A model generated the notes under the pieces. That model had not been told where the DNA came from. It ran no database searches and saw only the letters and a program-made list of their open reading frames with translations. A program made the translations under genes and the position numbers. From positions 434,001-498,000 of the forward strand of contig NW_027254113.1 in NCBI RefSeq assembly GCF_044704955.1: DNA of 64,000 nt. The letters are read 5' to 3'. This DNA is from Pristiophorus japonicus (taxonomy: Eukaryota). Below, one piece after another: positions 1 to 11,384 of the stretch; the first letter of the stretch is position 1, and each line of letters begins with the position of its first letter.

Positions 1-424
1 AAGTAGTGTAAAGTGCAGTGAATTGCTCACCTTCAGTCCTGTCCCTCAATCCCAGTCCATCTCTGGGAGATTGTTATAAGATTCACCCCATCCTCTCAAC
101 ACAAATATTATCCATAAAATACCAGATCAATACGACATTACACAAAACTATTGATAGCTATTAACGAAATTAAACTGATGTTCCAACCAAAAAAAAGTAT
201 TGCATCCTCCTACCGACACACATAAATATCTTTATTTATAGTAATATCTATCCACCGTCTATATAGCTTCTGTCTCTCTAACAGACGCATGGCAAAAATA
301 ACTATCTGTTGTACAATAAATAGATATATAGTCCCTGGAGAGGGAGTTCATCCCAAAACTATCTGAGACCGCGGAGAAAGTGAGACACCCTGAGCCTCAG
401 TCTTATGAAGTCAATGGATACATG

Positions 425-790
425 GCCCAGTTTAACATAAAGGCAGACAGGGTCTAGTGTAACAGAAAGAGAGACAGGATCTAGTGTAATATAAAGAGAG
501 ACAGGGTCGAGTGTAATATAAAGAGAGACAGGGTCTAGTGTAAGATAAAGAGATACAGGGTCGAGTGTATATAAAGAGAGACAGGGTCTAGTGTAATATA
601 AAGAGAGACAGGGTCTAGTGCAAAAGAAACAGAGACACGGTCTCGTGTAATACAAACAGAGACAGGGTCTAGTGTAATATAAACAGAAACAGGGTCTAGT
701 GTAATTTAAATAGTGACAGCGTCTAGTGTAATATGAACAGAGACAGCGTCTAGTGTAATTTAAGAGAGACAGTGCCAAGTGTAATGTAAG
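425..790. repeat. 27-bp minisatellite (aaacagagacagggtctagtgtaatat)n
   Basis: Direct tandem repeats; source of the spurious YITLDPVSV/YYTRPCLCL ORFs. Confidence 0.95.
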
Positions 791-792
791 CA

Positions 793-3700
793 AAAGAACA
801 TTAGAAATCTGAACAGGAGTGGGCCACCTCGAGCCTGCTCGCCATTGAATAAGATCATGGCTGATCTGATCATGGACTCAGGTGCACTTCCCTGCCCGAT
901 CCCAATAACCCTTTATTCTCTTAGAAACGTAGAAACATAGAAAATAGGTGCAGGAGTAGGCCATTCGGCCCTTCTAGCATGCACCGCCATTCAATGAGTT
1001 CATGGCTGAACATTCAACTTCAGTACCCCATTCCTGCTTTCTCGCCATACCCCTTGATCCCCCTAGTAGTAAGGACCTAATCTAACTCATTTTTGAATAT
1101 ATTTAGTGAATTGGCCTCAACAACTTTCTGTGGTAGAGAATTCCACAGGTTCACCACTCTCTGGGTGAAGAAGTTCCTCCGCATCTCGGTCCTAAATGGC
1201 TTACCCCTTATCCTTAGACTGTGACCTCTGGTTTTGGACTTCCCCAACATTGGGAACATTCTTCCTGCATCTAACCTGTCTAACCCCGTCAGAATTTTAA
1301 ATGTTTCTATGAGGTCCCCTCTCATTCTTCTGAACTCCAGTGAATACAAGCCCAGTTGATCCAGTCTTTCTTGATAGGTCAGTCCCGCCATCCCGGGAAT
1401 CAGTCTGGTGAACCTTCGCTGCACTCCCTCAATAGCAAGAATGTCCTTCCTCAGGTTAGGAGAACAAAACTGTACACACTACTCCAGGTGTGGCCTCACC
1501 AATGCCCTGTACAACTGTAGCAACACCTCCCTGCCCCTGTACTCAAATCCCCTTGCTATGAAGGCCAACATGCCATTTGCTTTCTTAACCACCTGCTGCA
1601 CCTGCATGCCAACCTTCAATGACTGATGTACCATGCCACTCAGGTCTCTTTGCACCTCCCCTTTTCCTAATCTGTCACCATTCAGATAATAGTCTGTCTC
1701 TCTGTTTTTACCACCAAAGTGGATAACCTCACATTTATCCACATTATATTTCATCTGCCATGCATTTGCCCACTCAGCTAACCTATCCAAGTCGCTCTGC
1801 AGCCTCACAGCATCCTCCTCGCAGCTCACACTGCCACCCAACTTAGTGTCATCCGCAAATTTGGAGATACTACATTTAATCCCCTCATCTAAATCATTAA
1901 TGTACAGTGTAAACAGCTGGGGCCCCAGCACAGAACATTGCGGTACCCCACTAGTCACTGCCTGCCATTCTGAAAAGTATCGCTCAAAGATCTTTCTATC
2001 TCCGCCTTAAATATATTCAATGACCTAGTCTGCACTACTCTCTGGGGCTGAAAATTCCATAGATGTACATACCTCTGAGCTAAGAAATTCCACGTTAGTT
2101 CAGTTTCAAAAGTGCAGCTTGTTTTTCTGAGACTATGTCCCCTAGTTTTATTTTCCCCTATGAGTGGAAGTATCCTTTCTGCATCCACAATGTCGAGTGC
2201 CCTCATTATCTTATAATTTGCAATAAGATCACCTCTCATTCTTCTGATCTCCAATTTTTATTGGCCCAACCTACTCACACTATCTTCATAATTCAACACC
2301 CTCATCTCCGGAATCAACCTTCAACGGAAAGCCTCCAATGCAGGTATATCCTTCCTTAAATACAGAGGCTAATACTGGACGCAGTACTCTAGATGTGGCT
2401 TCACCAATATCCTGTCGAGTTTTGCCCATTCACTTAGTCTGTCCATATCCCGTTACAGGTTATTGGTGTCCTCCTCACAATTTCCTTTCCCACCCTTCTT
2501 TTTATCATCTGAAAACTTGGCTATATTACACTGGGTCCCTTCATCCAAGTCATTACTATCGATTGTAAATAGTTGAGATTCCACCACCGATCCCTGCGGC
2601 ATACCACGAGATACTGTTTGCCAATCGGAAATTGACCCATTTATCCCGACCCTCCGATCTGTTAGTGAGCCAATCCTCTATCCATGCCAATATATTGCCT
2701 TCAAACCCGAGAACTTTTATCTTGTGCAGTAACCTTTTATGTGGCACCATATCGAATACCTTCTGGAAATCCAAATACGCTATATCCACTGGATCCCCCT
2801 AATTCACCCTGCTCGTTTCATCCTCAAAGATCTCCAGCAAAGTTGTCAATCATGTCGTCCCGTTCATGAAACCATGCTGATTCTGCTTGATTGTATTTTG
2901 CTTTTCCAAATGTCCCGCTACTGCTTCCTTAATGGATTTCAGCATTGTCCCAATGACAGATGTTCCGCTCACTGGTCTATAGTTTCTTGCTTTTTGTCTG
3001 CCTATTTTTTTAAAATAGGGGCACTACATTTGCAGTGTTCCAATCCGCTGGGACCGCCCCAGAATTCAAGGAATTTTGGTAGATTACAACCAAAGCATCC
3101 ACTATCTCTGCAGCCACTTCTTTTAGGGCCATAGGATGTAACCCATCAGGCCTTGGGGACTTGTCCGTCTTTAGTCCCATTATGTTACCGAGTACAACTT
3201 CATTAGTGATAGTGATTGTAATAAATTCCTCCCTCCATATAGCCCCTTGATTTTCCACAATTTGGATGTTTTTAGTGTCTGCTACCATGAACACCGATAC
3301 AAAATATTTGTTCAACGTCTCTGTCATTTCCCTGTTCTCCATTATTAGTTCCCCAGTCTCATCCGATTGATAACCAACATTTACCTTAACCTCTCTTTTG
3401 CTTGTTATGTACCGGTAGAAACTCTTACTATCTGTTTTTATATTTCGCGCTAGTTTACTTTCATAATCTATCTTCCCTCTCTTCATCATTTGTTTCGTTG
3501 TTCATTGCTGGCTTTTAAAAGTTTCCCAGTCCTTTGGCCTCCCACTAGTCTTGGCCACACTGTATGCCTTTATTTCCAATTTGAAACCATCCTTATTTCC
3601 TTAGTTAGCCACGAATGGTTATCCCCTCTCTTACAGTCTTGCCTTCTCATTGGGATGTATTTTTGTTGCGAGTTAAGAATTATCTACTTAAATGTCTGCC

Positions 3701-3866
3701 ACTGCTCATCAACCATCCCATACTTTTATCTATTTTCCTAGTCCGCTTTAGCCACAACTGCCCTCATACCTTTGTAGGCTCCTTTATTGAAGCTTTGGAC
3801 AGTGGTCTGAAAATCAACTCTCGTGCTCTCCAACTGAATTTGAAATTCAACCGTGTTATGGTCATT
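793..3866 (-). mobile_element. Decayed, internally deleted CR1-type LINE, interrupted by a younger CR1 at about 924-1978
   Basis: RT-region peptides (YLDFQKVFD, PADWNTANVVPLF, TRGHSLR). The paralog at 12985-14998 is uninterrupted at 'tcccttatcgctcaaaga'. Confidence 0.88.
924..1978 (-). mobile_element. Young 5'-truncated CR1-type LINE (3' end of ORF2 and tail)
   Basis: TSGVPQCSVLGP...YINDLD...KFADDTKL...ALVRPHLE and RRNFFTQRVVNLWNSLP; tttctatg-type tail; same subfamily as 23373-26243. Confidence 0.93.
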
Positions 3867-4296
3867 CATAGATTAGTATGGCACAGAAGGTGATAATTCA
3901 GCCCACAGAGTCTGCGCCGGCTCTTTCGAAGAACAATCCAGTTAGTCCCACTCCCGTGCACTTTCCCTATATCACTGCATTTTTTCCTCCTTGTAGTATT
4001 TGTACAATTTCTTTTTGAAGGAAACTATTGAATCTATATCTACCACCCTACCAGGCAGTACAATACAAATCTTAACCAGTGGTTGCATAGAAAATTGCGT
4101 CCAAATATCGCCTCTGGTTCTTTTGTTAATCACCTTACATCTGAAACAGTTTCTATTTATTTACTCTATCTAAACCGTTGATGAATTTAAACAGATCTAT
4201 CAAATCTCCTCTTAGACTTTTCCCCTCCAAGGAGAACAATCCCATATTCTCCACTTTCTACATATTAACTGAAGTCCCTCATGCCTGGTAATAATA

Positions 4297-5674
4297 TTGG
4301 TTGGGAAAATGTCGGAGTCCATTATTAATGAAGCAGTAGCAGGACATTTGGAAAAGCAAAATTCGGTCAGGCAAAGTCAGCATGGATTTATGAAGGGGAA
4401 GTCATGTTTGACAAATTTGCTGGAGTTCCTTGAGTATGTAGCGAACAGGGTGGATAAAGGGGAACCATTGGATAGGGTGCTTTGGACTTCCAGAAGACAT
4501 TTGACAAGTTGCCACATAAAAGGTTACTGCACAAGATATAAGTTCACGGGGCTGGGGTTAATATATTAACATGGATAGAGGATTGGAGCAAAGAACAGAG
4601 AATCAGGATAAATGGTCCATTCTCTGATTGGCAACCAGTAACTAATGGCATGCCGCAGGGATCAGTGCTGCGACCCCAACTAATTACAATCTACATTAAC
4701 TACTTGGAGAAGGGACTGAGTGTAACGTAGCCAGGTTTGCTGGCGATAAAAAGATGGGAGTAAAAGTAGTGTGTGAGGAGGACACAAGAAATCTGCAAAA
4801 AGACATAGACAGGCTAAGTAAGTGAGAAAAAAATTGGCAGATGGAGTATAATGTTGTAAAGTGTGAGGGCATGCACTTTGGCCGAAAAAAATCCAAGAGC
4901 ATTATTATTTAAATGGAGAAAGATTGCAAAGTGCCGCAGTACAGCGGGACCTGGGGGTATTGTGCATGAAAAACAAAAGGACAGTACGCAGGTACAGCAA
5001 GTGATTAGGAAGGCCAATGGTATTTTGGTCTTCACTGCAAAGGGGATGGAGTATAAAAGCAGGTAAGCCTTGCTACAACTATATAAGGTATTGCTGAGGC
5101 CACATCTGGAATACTGCATGCAGTTTTGGAGTCCATATTTACAAAAGGATATACGTGCTTTGGAGGCAGTTCAGAGAAGAATCACTAGGTTGATTCATGG
5201 GATGAAGGGTTTGACTTATGAGGAAAGGATGAGTAGTTTGGGCCTCTACTCATTGGAATTCAGAAGAATGAGAGGTGATCTTATCGAAACTTATTAGATT
5301 ATGAAGGGGCTTGACAAGGTGGATGAAGAGAGGATGTTTCCACTGATGGTTGAGACTAGAACTCGAGGGCACGATCTTAGAAGAAGGGGCCACCCATTTA
5401 AAACTGAGATGTGGAGAGACTTCTCCTCTCAGAGGTTGTACATCTGTGGAATTCGCTGCCTCAGAGAGCTGTGGAAGGTGGGATATTGAATAAATTTAAG
5501 ACAGAGATAGACCGTTTCTTAAACGATAAGGGGATAAGGGTCTATGGGGAGCGGACGTGGAAGTGGAGCTGAGTCCATTGTCAGATCAGCCATGATCACA
5601 CTGAATGGCGCAGTAGGCTCGAGGGGTCGTATGGCCCACTCCTGCTCCTCTTTATTATGTTCTTATGTTCTTAT
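4297..5674 (+). mobile_element. 5'-truncated CR1-type LINE
   Basis: [31 protein letters not shown], (ttatgttc)n tail; frameshifted. Confidence 0.92.
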
Positions 5675-6404
5675 AATTTACTAAATCTCCTCTTAACCTT
5701 TTCTAATCTAAGGAGAACAGCTCTAGTTTCTCCAGTCTCTCCACATAATTTCAATCCCCCATCCCTGATACATTTCCAGTAAATCTCTTCTGTACTCGAT
5801 CGAAAGTCTTCACGTCCTTCCTAAAGTGTGGTGCCCAGAATTAGATACAATACTCCAGCTGGGGCTGAACTAATGTTTCTAGTCATTCATCCCTGGTACC
5901 AATCTGGTAAATACCCCCTCACCATTCTCTGCTGTAAGGAGAACAGCCCCAGCTTCTCCAAGTCTGGCCACGTAGTGAGAGCTTCAATCCTACCGTCCCG
6001 TACACACAATGAAGCGAGCTCCAGGCGGGCACAGGCCCGTCCTCAACCGCGAGAAGGCGGAGGAAAAAAGAGCAGCTGAAAGCCGACGATGTCTTGAAAT
6101 TTTTTTAAAATTTTTATCTTATTTTTTTTATTCAAAAAAGGAAGGATATCGCGACTGCCCCAACCAGAATTTCTACCCAGTGCCGGTTCCCCAGCCAACT
6201 CCCTCTCCTGAAAGGTAAGCATTTCATTTCTTGTCAGTTTTATTTAGCGTGGGGGCTTCAATATATATATTTGCCATCGCGCTCTCTCTTACTTATTAAT
6301 ACATATGAAACCCCGCTGAAGGAATTGGGTGCAGAAAATTCCAGCTGAGGAATCGTCATCGATGAAGCTGAAACATTGCAAAGGGAACAATAATAATCGT
6401 TTGG

Positions 6405-6628
6405 GCTGAGGGAGGAAAGAGTGGAGGGTGGAGTGGAACAAGGGAGGGATGAAGTATGGTGGAGTATGGAGGAATGGTGGAGGGATGGACAGAGGGAGGG
6501 AGGGATAGCTGCAGGGAGGGAGCGATTGATGGAGGGAGGGATGGAGGTATGAACGGAGGTAAGAATGAAGGGAGAGAAGTAAGGAGAGACGGGTGGAGGG
6601 TGAGAGGGATGGTGGGGGGAGTGATGGA
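6405..6628. repeat. Purine-rich GGA/GGAG low-complexity tract (paralogs near 16.0-16.8, 22.64-22.88, 27.25-27.49, 31.85-32.09 kb)
   Basis: Visible G/A strand bias; gives spurious Pro/Ser-rich ORFs. Confidence 0.85.
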
Positions 6629-6996
6629 GTATCTCCCAATTTACCCGATCAAAACTCTTCATGATTTGGAAAACCTCTATTAAGTGGCCCATAACGCGCT
6701 CGGCTCTAAGGAGAACAATCCCAGCTTTCAGCTGCTTTGATGGTGCAGCTCACACAGTGTAAAACTCAAGTTCCGTGAGCCCTTCTGCCTAGGGCACATC
6801 CAGATGTTCCTTGCGGAGTCGGCGTCACTTTTATATGGATCCAGTGAAAATACCAGTGTGGAAATGACATCCCGGGCAAGATAAGAGAACTCGCCCTGAT
6901 AATAAATCGATCAGTGTAAGACTGGGCGCAGGCACTGAACGTCAGACACGATGAGCTGAATGTGAACATTTTAATGTACAAGCTGTGATATGTTCA

Positions 6997-7446
6997 AGCC
7001 TCGGCTCAGTGGGATGACTCTCGCCTGTGATTCAGAAGGTCACAGATACTAAACCACATTCCAGAGACCTGAGCCAATAATCTATGCCGACATGCCCGGT
7101 GCCAGTTCTGAGGGAGTGCTGCACGGTCCGAGATACCGTCTTTCAGGGCAGACAATAAGATGAGGCCTCATCTTTCTGCTCAGTTGGATTTAAGGGATTC
7201 ATGGCACTATATTGAAGAGCAGATGAGTTCTCCAGGGTTTCCAGCGCAAATATTTATACTTCAACCAACATCTGAAAAACAAATTATTTGATCAATATGT
7301 CATGCTCTTTGTGGGAGCTTTCTGTGCACACATTGGCTGCCACGTTTCCGACATTACAACAGTGAGCACACTTCCAAAGTAATTCATTGGCTGTAAAGCA
7401 CTTTGGGACATCATGAGGTCAAGAAAGGCACCATATAAATGCAGGG
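6997..7446 (+). mobile_element. tRNA-derived SINE (SacSINE1/DeuSINE-like)
   Basis: A-box-like ggctcagtggg head and tail ...tgtaaagcactttgggaca...atataaatgca; dispersed copies at 17157, 23254, 43518 and (minus) 60057. Family name is from recall. Confidence 0.75.
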
Positions 7447-8274
7447 TATTTCTAAATGTCAACATTTGTAAATACAAGTTGATATATGTGAAAAGCTCAG
7501 ATATTAATGTGATTGTAGGACACTCCTCTGTTCACTGGTTTTACTTGTTTAGTTTCAATGGGTTAAATCTTACACTAAGTGGAGATCCAGTGGAATAGCA
7601 GCCTGTTCAGAGATGTTGCATTAATTTCGGCAGTAGATCTTTCAAAACTGAATTATTAATTTTACTATGTATTTATTTGATATAAATGACATCTGTTCTA
7701 ATTGAACAAAACTGAAGCAAACCTCACTGTTGTGGATTTTTCTATTAATGTTGTACCAACATTCAATATTTTTAAAACAAACAATTGTTGTGAGAGAAGA
7801 CGAATCAATAAGTGACTCTGTTGATCTGATTTTGCTGCCATGAACACTTCATGGGAACCAGTGAGGCGGTTATGTAAATAAACACAGAAATAGAAGTCCC
7901 AGATTAGAGTATTGAGTGACAGAAACAATTTAAATGTTTCCCCACCAATACAGCATAGAAATAAACCGAGAAAGAAATGAAATTTCTCAACGGATTCCAG
8001 TAGCAATTTTTGGGGGGACATTCCTTAAATTATAGGAGAATAAAGTAAAGATGATACCCAAGGACAGAATGGTGAAAGATTCGATTCACCGTCTATAGTA
8101 ACATTACAAATGTGTCAGTGGAGATTCCCTGTATCCTCTCCATCTCCTATTTCCACTTTTTGTATTGTCTCTCACGAATGGATAATTGGCCATCTCCCAC
8201 AACTAGATATTAAAATCTAACAAAAGTTTTCCTTGAACCCTAATGATACGCCTCGAACCAACTTGATTGGAATG

Positions 8275-8592
8275 CGCAGAGGGAGATTTAATCCAGGATG
8301 TGACCTGTGCATTTAACGATCTGGGAGCGTTTGATAGGACAGTGTAGGGAGAGCTTTACTCTGTATTTAAACTGTGCTCTACCTGCGGTGGGAGTGTTTG
8401 ATGGGACACTGTAGAGGTCGCTTTACTCTGGATCTGGCACATTCTGCACCTGTCATGGGAGTGTTTGATGGGACAGAGTCGAGGGAGCTTTAAACTGTAT
8501 CTAACCCGTACTGTACCTGTCCTGGGAATGTTTGATTAAAATGTAGAGGTCGGTTTACTCTTTATCTGACGCATGCTGTACCTGACCCGTGA
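8275..8592. repeat. About 65-bp minisatellite (ctgtacctgccctgggagtgtttgatgggacagtgtagagggagctttactctgtatctaacccgtg)n
   Basis: Tandem copies; also at about 18270-18560, 36620-36870, 44830-45185, 55725-56520. Confidence 0.88.
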
Positions 8593-8899
8593 GTTACAGT
8601 GTTTAGTGCATTAATAACGGTGACAGGGTCTAAATTAACATAAACAGAGACATTGTCTCGTTTAGTAAAGTGAAATGATGGGGCTAGAGTAATATAAACA
8701 GTGTCCTTGTCTAGTTTAATATAAACAGAGACAGGGACTTGTGTAACAGGAATAAAGGCATTGCCTATTCCAGTAATATATGAGACAGGGCCTAGTACAA
8801 AATTAATAGTTCTATTACTGTAATGACTGAGGTAGGGCCTAGTGCAGTAAGTACTGATACAGGGACATTGTTTTATTCGTTCCTGTCATGCAGTTGTGA

Positions 8900-10015
8900 G
8901 AGTCATTCGGCCCATATAGACCATGCCGCTCTCTGCAAGAGTATTTCAGCTAGTCCACTCCCCCGCCCTTTTCCGTAGCCCTGTGATTGTTCTTCCTTCA
9001 GGAACTTATCCAATTCCATGCCATGATTGAATCTGTCTCCACCACTCTTTCAGGCAGTGCATTCCAGATCCTAAGTTTTCCTCGTGTCGATTTAGGTTGT
9101 TCTGCCAATGCGACAAATCTGTATCCTTTGTTCTCGACCCTTCCGCCAATGGGAACAGTTTCTCTCCAGTTGCTCTGTCTCGAACCCTTATGATTCTGAA
9201 CACCTCTATCAAGTCTCATCTCAAACTTCTCTGCTCTAAGGAGAACAACCCCAGCTACTCCAGTCAATCCACATAACTGAAGTACCTTATCCCTGGAACC
9301 ACAGGGAAATCTTTTCTGCACCCTCTCTAAGACGTTCACATCCTTCCTAAAGTACGGTGCCCAGAATTTGACACAGTAATAGCTTGAGGCCGAAACCGTG
9401 TTTTACACAGGTTCATCATAATTTCTTTGCTTATATATTATATGCCTCTATTTATGAAGCCCAGGATCCCATATGTTTTTTAAAACACTTTCTCAACCAG
9501 CCCTGCCACCTTCAAATACTTTTGCATATATACCCCCAGGTCCCTGAGTTCATCACAGCTTTTAGTACTGTACCCTTTAGTTAATTTTAATCTCCTCGTT
9601 CTTCCGACCAAAATGTATAACTTCACACTTTTCTGCGTTCCATTTGCCACGTGTCCGTCTATTCCACCAGCATGTTGCTGTCCTCTTGAAGTCATCACTA
9701 TCCTCCTCTCCTCACTGTTCACTAAATTTCCAAGCTTTGAATCGTTTGAAAATGTTGAAATTGTACCGAGTACACCCGAATCTAGATCATGAATATAAAT
9801 CAAGAAAAGCAGTGTTCCTAGTACCAACCGCTGCGAAACACCAATGTATACCTTCCTCCAGACCAAACAAAACCACAGCTCTCTGATTCCTGTCACTCAG
9901 CCAATTTCATATCCATGATGCCACTGTCCCTTTTATTCTATGGGATTTAACTTTTCTGGCAAGGATATTATCAAAGCACTTTATCAAATGCCTTTTGGAA
10001 GCCCATCACATCAAC
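8900..10015 (-). mobile_element. Old decayed CR1-type LINE (paralogs about 19885-20795 and 37625-38765)
   Basis: LERVQKRF, LVLGTLLFLIYIHDLD, EKLFPLAEGSRT peptides. Confidence 0.8.
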
Positions 10016-10501
10016 TATATAAACTGAGACTGGGTCTACTGCAGTAAAAACTGCGATGGGATCTAGTGTAATGAGAGAGACAATAAGTCAGATAATTACA
10101 GATTTATTAACCTCATGCCAGGTACAGGTGCAGTTTCATGTTTACCATCACTTGCACCAATAATCATACACTTGAGGTGTATATCTGCGGATTCTGTGTG
10201 ATGGTGAGGTGATCACTGGACAATAAAGCGCAGAGACTGGTGCCTGGCTGCTCATTATTCTCGGTGTGATTTAATCCACTTTCCCACTGAATACTGCGGA
10301 CAGACATGGTCACCTTGGTAATGGAATGGTCAGTGTGACATCACTTTCTAAAGAAGAGCACTAAAGACAATGTGTTATCAATAAATGTTAAAGGTATTAA
10401 ACGATCTGCAATTAGCTGTTGAATAAAATAAAATGCTGAAAAATAATGGTTGGAGCTAATAATTTATCTTTGTGAAATGCACTTGCACACATTATGAATG
10501 A

Positions 10502-10703
10502 NNNNNNNNNNNNNNNNNNNNNNNNNNNNNNNNNNNNNNNNNNNNNNNNNNNNNNNNNNNNNNNNNNNNNNNNNNNNNNNNNNNNNNNNNNNNNNNNNNN
10601 NNNNNNNNNNNNNNNNNNNNNNNNNNNNNNNNNNNNNNNNNNNNNNNNNNNNNNNNNNNNNNNNNNNNNNNNNNNNNNNNNNNNNNNNNNNNNNNNNNNN
10701 NNN
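10502..10703. other. Assembly gap (N run)
   Basis: 202 N; sits where paralogous units carry a (CA)n microsatellite. Confidence 0.99.
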
Positions 10704-10728
10704 TGTGTGCTCTTTTCAGTTGTTCGTC

Positions 10729-11019
10729 TTAAGCAGATGAGTTGTTCTTCCGGTGGATGTTTGGACCCTGCGGCCGCCCATCCGGCGGTGATGTGAGGTC
10801 ACGGTTCCAGGCTCTGTCTGTCACAATCAGTGTGCCATGTGAAAGCTCAATAGAAAATACTGCAGGAAAAACAATCCTTAACATTAAAGAACTGGAAGCA
10901 ATTGGCACAGTACAACACAAGTGTGAATTAGTAACCGTTAACACACAGAGTGCCACTAAGTATTGCAAAGTGCAGTGAATTGCTCACCTTCAGTCCTGTC
11001 CCTCAATCCCAGTCCATCT
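10729..11019 (-). other. Candidate two 3' exons of an unidentified gene: 32-nt exon 10988-11019 and terminal exon 10729-10859
   Basis: ctcccag|...|gtgagc, 128-nt intron, ttttcctgcag|; spliced frame DGLGLRDRTE-VFSIELSHGTLIVTDRAWNRDLTSPPDGRPQGPNIHRKNNSSA*; differences among paralogs are enriched at third positions. Confidence 0.45.
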
Positions 11020-11384
11020 CTGGGAGATTGTTACAAGATTCACCCCATCCTCTCAACACAAATATTACCGACACAATGCCAGATCATTTCGACATTGCCC
11101 ACAACTCTTGTTACCTATTAGTGAAACTAAACATATGTTTTAACCAAAAAGGTATTGAATATTCCCACCCACACACATATATATCTTTATTTTTATTAAT
11201 ATCTATCCACCGTCTATATATCTTCTGCCTATCTAACAGACGCAGAAATAACGGAGACAGGGTATGTTGTGCAATAAATAGAGATATATTCATTGGAGTG
11301 GGAGTTTATCCCAAAACCATCTGAGACCGGAGCGAAGTGAGACACGCTGAGCCTCGGCTGACACAAACAGACATTGTAACATTA

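Noticed and set aside
22-62. Minus-strand W-(G/D)-*-G-T-G-x-K-V looking like a J segment
   Set aside because: A stop codon is present in all copies, there is no upstream RSS, and substitutions are synonymous in a different frame.
6729-6990. Plus-strand reading MVQLTQ...C...W...IPGKIREL resembling a relic Ig V domain
   Set aside because: In-frame stops in every copy examined, wrong Cys-Trp-PGK spacing, no YYC, no RSS, and the apparent acceptor comes from the adjacent LINE fragment. An Ig V-set HMM search of the consensus would settle it.
7698-8021. Hydrophobic minus-strand ORF as an Ig transmembrane exon or gene
   Set aside because: No Ig TM (CART) motif, and the paralogous blocks near 17.8, 36.0 and 44.2 kb do not preserve the full ORF.
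10494-10796. ORFs spanning N runs (also 49152-49651)
   Set aside because: Artefacts of assembly gaps.
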